A stretch of 64,000 bases of DNA from Clostridium sp. (GTDB lineage: Bacteria; Bacillota; Clostridia; Acetivibrionales; Acetivibrionaceae). The stretch is from positions 1,496 through 65,495 of the forward strand of contig JAAZML010000056.1 of assembly GCA_012798835.1 (NCBI GenBank). Reading direction: 5' to 3'. Shown in pieces: positions 57,339 through 64,000 of the stretch. The position numbers and the translations under genes were made by a program. Position 1 is the stretch's first letter. The number at the start of each line of letters is the position of its first letter. The notes below the pieces were generated by a model. That model was not told where the DNA came from. It was given only the letters and a program-made list of their open reading frames with translations, and did no database searches.

Positions 57339-59075
57339 ATGTCCAGCAGAGATGCTTTCAAATTTTGGTTAGAAAACGAGTATTTTGACAAAGAGACTAG
57401 GGATGAACTCAATAGCATAAAGGATGATCCAAAGGAAATCGAAGAAAGATTTTATAAAGACTTAGATTTTGGTACGGGTGGGCTAAGGGGTATTATTGGT
57501 GCCGGTACCAACAGAATGAACATTTATACAGTAAGAAAAGCCACCCAGGGTTTAGCTGATTATGTAAATACCTCCGGCATGTCTGGCCGTGGGGTGGTAA
57601 TTGCTTACGATTCTCGACATAAATCCCCAGAATTCGCTCTTGAGGTTGCCAAGGTTTTCGCCGGTAACGGGATCAAGGTATTTCTTTTTGACGAGCTAAG
57701 ACCCACACCAGAGCTTTCTTTTGCGGTAAGGTACTTGGGTGCTGCGGCGGGTGTGATGGTAACTGCAAGCCACAATCCTAAAGAATACAATGGCTATAAG
57801 GTGTATGGTGAGGATGGTGGACAACTTCCTATTGAGGCATCGGATAAGGTCCTATCCCATATAGGTAACATTCGAGATTTAACAAAAGTGGAGGTAATGG
57901 AAAAGGCTGAAGCTATGGAGAAAGGGCTGCTAAAAATGATCGGCAAAGAAGTTGATGATGAATATATACGCAGGCTCAAAACCCTTTCTGTAAATCCGGA
58001 GCTGACAGAGAAAATCGGAGAGAGATTTAAGATTGTATACACACCCTTGCATGGGGCAGGAAACAAATCAGTTAGAAGAGTGCTGAATGAGACGGGATTT
58101 AAAAACGTGCTTGTTGTCAAGGAACAGGAAGAACCAGATCCTAATTTTCCTACAGTGAAGGCTCCTAATCCGGAGGAAAAGGATACTTTTAAGCTGGCTA
58201 TTGATTTGGCAAAACAGGAGGATGTGGATCTTATTATAGGAACTGATCCCGATGGAGATAGGGTTGGTGTTGTAGTCAGGAACAAGGAAGGGGATTATGT
58301 AATCTTAACAGGCAATCAGACGGGGTGTCTCCTTCTTGAGTATATGTTATCGCAGAAAAAGAGCAGGCGGGAATTGCCAAACAATGGGTTCGTTGTAAAG
58401 ACTATCGTTACAACCGAACTTGCTAGGATTATAGCGAAAGCATACAATATAGAGCTTATAGAGGTTTTGACCGGATTTAAGTTTATCGGAGAAAAGATTA
58501 AGCAGCTTGATGAGTTCGGCGATAAAAAATATCTTTTTGGTTTTGAAGAAAGCTGCGGTTATTTGGCGGGGACTTTTGCAAGGGATAAGGATGCTGTTTT
58601 TGCATCTATGCTTATTGCTGAAATGGCGGCATACTACAAATCAAGGGATATGACACCCTACGAGGGCCTATTGGAAATTTTCGAGAATTATGGTCATACT
58701 CTTGAGGGAATAACCTATTTTACCCTTGAGGGGAAAGAAGGGGTAGAAAAGATTAAATCCGCACTAAGTAATTTAAGGGAAAATAAAACCGTAGTATTTG
58801 GAGACTACGTGGCAAGTGCCGTCAGGGATTATTTAAAAGGAGAGAGATACATAGTAAAAACTGGGGGAAAGGAAGAGTTGACTCTTCCTGAATCCGATGT
58901 ACTGTATTATGAAATAAAGGATGGATGCTGGTTTTGCATAAGACCATCAGGAACCGAACCCAAAATAAAAATATATTATGGGGTTAGGGGAGTTACTATG
59001 GATGATGCAAAAAAAGAACTCGAATCTTTGCAAAATAGTGTGCTAACTATAATTAAAAAATTACTTTTCGATTAA
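57339..59075 (+). CDS. Phospho-sugar mutase (alpha-phosphoglucomutase/phosphomannomutase family)
   Basis: 'FGTGGLRG', active-site 'TASHNPKEYNGYKV', metal loop 'GTDPDGDRVG', 'GFEESCG', 'RPSGTEPKIK'. The ATG at 57339 follows 'gaggagag'. Confidence 0.93.
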   Translation: MSSRDAFKFWLENEYFDKETRDELNSIKDDPKEIEERFYKDLDFGTGGLRGIIGAGTNRMNIYTVRKATQGLADYVNTSGMSGRGVVIAYDSRHKSPEFALEVAKVFAGNGIKVFLFDELRPTPELSFAVRYLGAAAGVMVTASHNPKEYNGYKVYGEDGGQLPIEASDKVLSHIGNIRDLTKVEVMEKAEAMEKGLLKMIGKEVDDEYIRRLKTLSVNPELTEKIGERFKIVYTPLHGAGNKSVRRVLNETGFKNVLVVKEQEEPDPNFPTVKAPNPEEKDTFKLAIDLAKQEDVDLIIGTDPDGDRVGVVVRNKEGDYVILTGNQTGCLLLEYMLSQKKSRRELPNNGFVVKTIVTTELARIIAKAYNIELIEVLTGFKFIGEKIKQLDEFGDKKYLFGFEESCGYLAGTFARDKDAVFASMLIAEMAAYYKSRDMTPYEGLLEIFENYGHTLEGITYFTLEGKEGVEKIKSALSNLRENKTVVFGDYVASAVRDYLKGERYIVKTGGKEELTLPESDVLYYEIKDGCWFCIRPSGTEPKIKIYYGVRGVTMDDAKKELESLQNSVLTIIKKLLFD

Positions 59076-59188
59076 TATTTTAATTTTTATGTAACGATAT
59101 TTTGCTAAACCCATATGTCAGGCCTTACTTCGATTCTTTGTTTCGTGTTATAATGTACTTGTATAGCAGTAAGGATATAAAAAAAAGG

Positions 59189-62100
59189 GTGATAAATTTG
59201 CAAAGATTTGTGCATCTTCATGTCCATACAGAATATAGTTTGCTAGATGGTGCAAATAGAATAAAAGACCTCATAAAGCGGGTCAAGGATCTTGGTATGG
59301 ATAGTATAGCCATAACGGATCATGGTGTTATGTATGGGGTGGTTGATTTTTATAAGGAGGCCATCAAAAATGGCATAAAACCCATTTTGGGATGTGAAGT
59401 ATATGTCGCCCCAGGTTCTAGGTTTGAAAAGAGGGCAGGCAGGGGCCTAGAACCTAGCCATATGGTATTATTGGCCAAGGACAACATGGGATATAAAAAT
59501 CTTATGAAAATTGTATCTACAGGTTTTATTGAGGGCTTCTACTACAAACCCCGGGTTGATATGGAGATCCTTCAAAAATACAGCGAGGGGCTTATTGCTA
59601 CAAGTGCCTGTCTTTCTGGTGAGATACCGAAGGCACTGTTAAATAGTGATTATAGAGGGGCAAAAAAGCTTGCCCTTGAATATAAAAATATTTTTGAAGA
59701 AGATAGTTTTTATCTTGAAATTCAAGCTAATGGTTTGGAAGAGCAACAAATTGTAAACCAACAAATCATAAAATTAGGGAATGAAACAAATATACCTATT
59801 GTTGCTACAAATGATGCCCATTACCTGCGCAAAGAGGATGCAAGGGCACACGAAATTCTTCTTTGTATCCAAACGGGCAAGACAATAAAAGACGATGATC
59901 GCATGAGGTTTTCTACCGATCATTTCTATGTTAAATCTCCCAGCGAGATGGAAGAATTATTTAGGGGTATACCCGAAGCATTATCTAACACTGTAAAGAT
60001 TGCAGATATGTGCAATGTCGAATTAGAATTTGGTGAGCTACATCTCCCCGAATTTGACGTTCCCAAAGGACGGGAACCGAGTGATTATTTAAAAGAGCTA
60101 TGTTATGAGGGGTTTGAAAGAAGATATAAAGAAGAGGAAAGGGATAAATATAAAAAAGAAAGGCTTGCATATGAACTTTCTATTATTGAAAGAATGGGAT
60201 ATGTAGATTATTTTCTCATTGTGGGGGATTTTACAAGGTATGCAAAAGAGAAAAATATTATGGTTGGACCTGGGCGTGGTTCGGCGGCGGGAAGTCTTGC
60301 GGCCTATTGCCTTGGCATTACCAATGTGGATCCAATAAAGTATAACCTTCTTTTTGAAAGATTCCTAAATCCCGAGAGAATAAGTATGCCTGATATTGAC
60401 ATAGATTTTTGTTTTGAAAGAAGAGCGGAAGTAATAGATTACGTAGTAAAAAAGTATGGAAAAGATCGGGTAGCACAAATAATTACTTTCGGTACCATGG
60501 CAGCAAGGGCAGCAATCCGAGATGTAGGAAGAGCACTTGATATGCCTTATGCAGATGTTGATGCAGTTGCAAAAATGATACCTTTCCAGATGGGAGTGAG
60601 CATTGATAAGGCCTTGAGCATAAACCCCGAATTGGGGCTTCAATACAATCAGGATGAAAGGATCAAGGAATTAATTGATACGGCTAGACTTTTGGAAGGT
60701 GTGCCGCGGCATGCGTCCACACATGCTGCGGGTGTAGTAATATCAAAGGATCCCCTCACGGAATATGTTCCGTTACAAAAAAATGATGACAGTGTTACGA
60801 CCCAGTTTTCCATGGGGCTTTTAGAGGAGTTAGGTCTTCTTAAAATGGATTTTCTAGGGTTGAGGACTCTTACAGTAATAAGAGATGCTTTGAGCTTTAT
60901 AAAGTCCAACTATGGTAAGGATATAGATATTAATGGGCTTATAATGGATGACCCCAAGGTGTTTAATTTTATAAGTGAAGGTAAGACTGCTGGTATATTC
61001 CAGTTAGAGAGCTCGGGGATGACCCAATTTATGAAGGAACTTGAGCCTTCCTCCCTAGAGGATATAATCGCTGGTATATCGCTGTATCGTCCCGGCCCTA
61101 TGGATCAGATACCAAGATATATAAAAAACAAAAACAACCCTAATCAGATAAGCTACAAACACCCGCTTTTAGAGAATATTTTAGATGTAACTTACGGATG
61201 CATGATCTACCAGGAACAGGTTATGCAAGTTGTCAGAGAACTTGCAGGGTATTCTATGGGGAGATCGGATCTTGTAAGAAGGGCTATGTCCAAGAAAAAG
61301 ATCGATATAATGGAGCAAGAAAGAAAAAACTTTATTAATGGAATAGATGATGAAGAGGGAAATATTATAGTAATGGGGGCAATTAGAAATGGCGTAGATA
61401 AGAAGATTGCAAATAAAATATTTGATGAAATGATGGATTTTGCCAGCTATGCTTTTAATAAATCGCATGCTGCCGCCTACGCTGTTATCGCATACCAGAC
61501 TGCGTGGCTTAAATGCTACTACCCAACAGAATTTATGGCTGCACTATTAAATAGCTTTTTAGGAAGTAGTGATAAGATTTCTCTATATATTTACGAATGT
61601 AAGAGTCTTGGAATTGAGGTATTACCCCCGGATATAAACGAAAGTGACGTTCGATTCACCGTGGTAGATGGGAGAATAAGGTTTGGTATGGCTGCGATTA
61701 AGAATGTTGGGGAAAATGCTGTAAAATCAATTATTTGTGAAAGAAAGAGAGAAGACAATTTTAAGGGTTTTAAAGAGTTTCTTGAGAGAATGGATGGAGG
61801 AAACATCAACAAAAGGTGTGTGGAAAGCCTTATTAAAAGTGGAGCCTTCGATTCTTTTGGGGTGTTTAGATCCAGACTTATTGCTGTCTACGAAAAAATG
61901 ATGGAAGGTATATCGCAGACAAGGAAGAGAAACATAAAAGGTCAGCTTTCACTATTTGATGCACCTCATATTACAGATAATAAGGAAAACTATGATATGA
62001 TAAAATATATTTGCGATGAAGGTGGTATGTATCCTGATATTCCTGAATACCCAAGCAGGACGCTTTTGTCCATGGAAAAGGAAATACTAGGATTATACAT

Positions 62101-62716
62101 ATCGGGTCATCCCCTAGGCGAGTTTGAAAAGGAAATATCAAAGAGCGTGAATGCATATAGTTCAGACCTGAGTTATGGAAAGCCCGAGGAGGGGGAAGGT
62201 ACTATTGTTGATAAACCTACAAAAATCTATGATGGTATGAATGTTGTTGTTGGGGGAATAATTACAACTAAGGAGACAAAAACTACAAAGAATGATAATC
62301 TAATGGCTTTTTTAACTTTAGAGGATTTGTACGGTATAATGGATATAATAGTTTTCCCCAATATATTAAAAAGATTTCAAAGGCTTATGGAGCCCGAAAG
62401 TATAGTCCTTGTAAAGGGAAGGGTAAGCATAAGGGAAGAAGAAAAACCCAAAATAATATGTGAAGAGGTAAGCCCCTTGAAAAAAATGGTTACTCATAAA
62501 TTGCACCTAACATTAAAAAAAACCCATGATAAAGGACTAAGGGAGTCGTTAATTTGTATGCTAAAGTTTTTTTATGGGGATACCCCTGTATACCTGCACG
62601 AGGAAGTACAAAAAGATAAAGGGATTATGGAGGGGCATTATAGAGTGACCCTGAACAATACCATTTTAAATGAACTAAGGCAATTAGTAGGAGAAGAAAA
62701 TGTAAAGATCATGTAG
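59189..62716 (+). CDS. dnaE: DNA polymerase III alpha subunit
   Basis: PHP 'FVHLHVHTEYSLLDGA', 'ITDHGVMYG', palm 'GPGRGSAAGSLAAYCLGIT..DP', 'MPDIDIDF', 'HAAGVVIS', 'YRPGPM', and a C-terminal OB region. No ATG is near the N-terminus. Candidate starts are GTG 59189 and TTG 59198; the ORF track opens at 59102. Confidence 0.95.
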   Translation: MINLQRFVHLHVHTEYSLLDGANRIKDLIKRVKDLGMDSIAITDHGVMYGVVDFYKEAIKNGIKPILGCEVYVAPGSRFEKRAGRGLEPSHMVLLAKDNMGYKNLMKIVSTGFIEGFYYKPRVDMEILQKYSEGLIATSACLSGEIPKALLNSDYRGAKKLALEYKNIFEEDSFYLEIQANGLEEQQIVNQQIIKLGNETNIPIVATNDAHYLRKEDARAHEILLCIQTGKTIKDDDRMRFSTDHFYVKSPSEMEELFRGIPEALSNTVKIADMCNVELEFGELHLPEFDVPKGREPSDYLKELCYEGFERRYKEEERDKYKKERLAYELSIIERMGYVDYFLIVGDFTRYAKEKNIMVGPGRGSAAGSLAAYCLGITNVDPIKYNLLFERFLNPERISMPDIDIDFCFERRAEVIDYVVKKYGKDRVAQIITFGTMAARAAIRDVGRALDMPYADVDAVAKMIPFQMGVSIDKALSINPELGLQYNQDERIKELIDTARLLEGVPRHASTHAAGVVISKDPLTEYVPLQKNDDSVTTQFSMGLLEELGLLKMDFLGLRTLTVIRDALSFIKSNYGKDIDINGLIMDDPKVFNFISEGKTAGIFQLESSGMTQFMKELEPSSLEDIIAGISLYRPGPMDQIPRYIKNKNNPNQISYKHPLLENILDVTYGCMIYQEQVMQVVRELAGYSMGRSDLVRRAMSKKKIDIMEQERKNFINGIDDEEGNIIVMGAIRNGVDKKIANKIFDEMMDFASYAFNKSHAAAYAVIAYQTAWLKCYYPTEFMAALLNSFLGSSDKISLYIYECKSLGIEVLPPDINESDVRFTVVDGRIRFGMAAIKNVGENAVKSIICERKREDNFKGFKEFLERMDGGNINKRCVESLIKSGAFDSFGVFRSRLIAVYEKMMEGISQTRKRNIKGQLSLFDAPHITDNKENYDMIKYICDEGGMYPDIPEYPSRTLLSMEKEILGLYISGHPLGEFEKEISKSVNAYSSDLSYGKPEEGEGTIVDKPTKIYDGMNVVVGGIITTKETKTTKNDNLMAFLTLEDLYGIMDIIVFPNILKRFQRLMEPESIVLVKGRVSIREEEKPKIICEEVSPLKKMVTHKLHLTLKKTHDKGLRESLICMLKFFYGDTPVYLHEEVQKDKGIMEGHYRVTLNNTILNELRQLVGEENVKIM

Positions 62717-62781
62717 GATATACGAATTCCATGTTGATTTTTTTTAAAAATTAATATATAGTTATGTCGAGGTGGTTTTAG

Positions 62782-63015
62782 TTGGAATGGGAGACAGAAA
62801 AGATATTAGGAGATTTTATTTTAATTAGGGCCGAAGAAAACGGTGTAAATATTATTGGTCTTACCAGGGGAAGAGATACAAAGTTTCATCATACTGAGAA
62901 ACTAGACAAAGGTGAGGTTCTTATAGCTCAGTTTACCGATAATACTTCTGCGATAAAAATAAGAGGCAAAGCCAGGATATTTAGTCGGCATGGGGAAGTT
63001 TATTCCGGTGAATAA
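62782..63015 (+). CDS. Small hypothetical protein (77 aa)
   Basis: The TTG start follows a strong RBS 'cgaggtgg'. The composition is coding-like: '[44 protein letters not shown]'. I do not recognise a family. Confidence 0.55.
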   Translation: MEWETEKILGDFILIRAEENGVNIIGLTRGRDTKFHHTEKLDKGEVLIAQFTDNTSAIKIRGKARIFSRHGEVYSGE

Positions 63016-63036
63016 CTGAAAAGGGGCGTGTTTTAT

Positions 63037-63234
63037 ATGTGGACAGTGGTGTATATGGCTCAGAGCAAAGAGATCGCCACACAGATGCAGGGTTTCTTGG
63101 TGAATGAAGGCATCCTGGTAAAGCTAAGGCCTATAAGCAAAAAACATGAAAATAAAGACAACTATTACGAGGTGCTTGTCCCCGAAACGGAAGTAGAAGA
63201 AGCCCATAGCGTAATTATTGAAAAGGGATATTAA
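63037..63234 (+). CDS. Small hypothetical protein (65 aa), DUF2007-like pattern
   Basis: 'MWTVVYMAQSKEIATQMQGFLVNEGILVKLRP...YYEVLVPETEVEEAHSVI'. The ATG follows 'aaagggg'. The family assignment is tentative. Confidence 0.5.
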   Translation: MWTVVYMAQSKEIATQMQGFLVNEGILVKLRPISKKHENKDNYYEVLVPETEVEEAHSVIIEKGY

Positions 63235-63260
63235 ATTGATAGTTAAATATAGTTTTTGAT

Positions 63261-63292
63261 TATCCCGTGTTTACACCCAATAACACGGGATA
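63261..63292 (+). terminator. Hairpin between the small ORFs and pfkA
   Basis: 'tatcccgtgtt-tacacccaat-aacacgggata' is an 11-bp perfect stem. The downstream sequence is A/T-rich but has no clean T-run. Confidence 0.4.
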
Positions 63293-63313
63293 AATATTAT
63301 GAGGAGGTCAGTT

Positions 63314-64000
63314 ATGGGTAACGTCAGGACAATAGGTGTTTTAACCAGCGGTGGAGATGCACCGGGAATGAATGCCGCTATAAGGGCGGTGGTTCGGACG
63401 GGGCTTTATCACGGGTTCAAAGTAATGGGGATAAGGAAAGGATACGAAGGCCTCATTCATGGGGATGTACAGGAGATGACGGCAAGATCTGTCGGAGACA
63501 TAATTCATAGAGGCGGTACTATTTTACAGACTGCACGTTCGCCCCAGTTCAACACCGAGGAGGGTTTAAAAAAGGCTATAGGTATGTCCAAGGTGTTTTC
63601 TATTGATGCAATTGTAACAATAGGCGGAGATGGCTCTTTTAGGGGTGCTAGGGATTTGAGCAAAATGGGGATGAACATTGTAGGAATACCGGGGACCATA
63701 GATAATGATATCGGTTGTACCGAACATACAATAGGTTATGACACCGCCATGAATACTGTCCAGGATGCAATAGACAAAATACGCGATACTGCTTATTCCC
63801 ACGAAAGGTGTAGTGTCCTTGAGGTTATGGGAAGACATGCGGGATACATTGCTGTAAATGTTAGCATATCAGGGGGGGCTGAGGCTGTGGTTCTCCCAGA
63901 AAAAACCCTGGATGTGGATGCTGATGTAATAAAACCCATAATAGAAGGTAGGAATAGGGGCAAAAGACATTATCTTGTGATAGTCGCTGAGGGTGTAGAG
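63314..64000 (+). CDS. pfkA: ATP-dependent 6-phosphofructokinase (3' end lies outside the window)
   Basis: My translation from ATG 63314 (RBS 'gaggagg') reads 'MGNVRTIGVLTSGGDAPGMNAAIRAVVRTGLYHGFKVMGIRKGYEGL...GGTILQTARS..F...IVTIGGDGSFRGA...VGIPGTIDNDI..TE.TIGYDTA'. It is absent from the ORF track because it has no stop codon within the window. Confidence 0.93.
   Translation, partial: MGNVRTIGVLTSGGDAPGMNAAIRAVVRTGLYHGFKVMGIRKGYEGLIHGDVQEMTARSVGDIIHRGGTILQTARSPQFNTEEGLKKAIGMSKVFSIDAIVTIGGDGSFRGARDLSKMGMNIVGIPGTIDNDIGCTEHTIGYDTAMNTVQDAIDKIRDTAYSHERCSVLEVMGRHAGYIAVNVSISGGAEAVVLPEKTLDVDADVIKPIIEGRNRGKRHYLVIVAEGVE

Overview
Low-GC (about 38-40%) Firmicutes/Clostridia chromosomal window, probably from a cellulosome-related anaerobe because one gene carries a dockerin-like module. 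It is mostly core housekeeping: gerM-rph-rdgB, three tRNAs, T-box-controlled pheST, pgi, cca, secA-folC, thrC, an ACT-hom-aspartate kinase operon, dnaE and pfkA. I found no CRISPR array, intact transposase or prophage. Four things stand out. (1) A tightly packed four-gene operon at 7.1-14.6 kb encodes a degenerate SF1 helicase-like ATPase, a UvrD-type helicase with an Arg in place of the Walker A Lys, a Cas4/AddB-type Fe-S PD-(D/E)XK nuclease and a long RecJ paralog. It reads like a disassembled AddAB-type end-processing machine and is my best candidate for an uncharacterised system. (2) A second, well-formed T-box leader at 45.4-45.7 kb sits in front of a fused xylose-isomerase-like TIM barrel / AMP-dependent ligase gene, not an aminoacyl-tRNA synthetase. 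(3) A GC-rich fragment of a large serine recombinase (DUF4368-like) lies next to tRNA-Leu. (4) An accessory-looking stretch at 50.9-57 kb holds cadC-cadA, a PL11 rhamnogalacturonan lyase with a one-repeat N-terminal dockerin, and a DUF2161 nuclease-fold protein. All family assignments come from reading motifs by eye; no database search was run.
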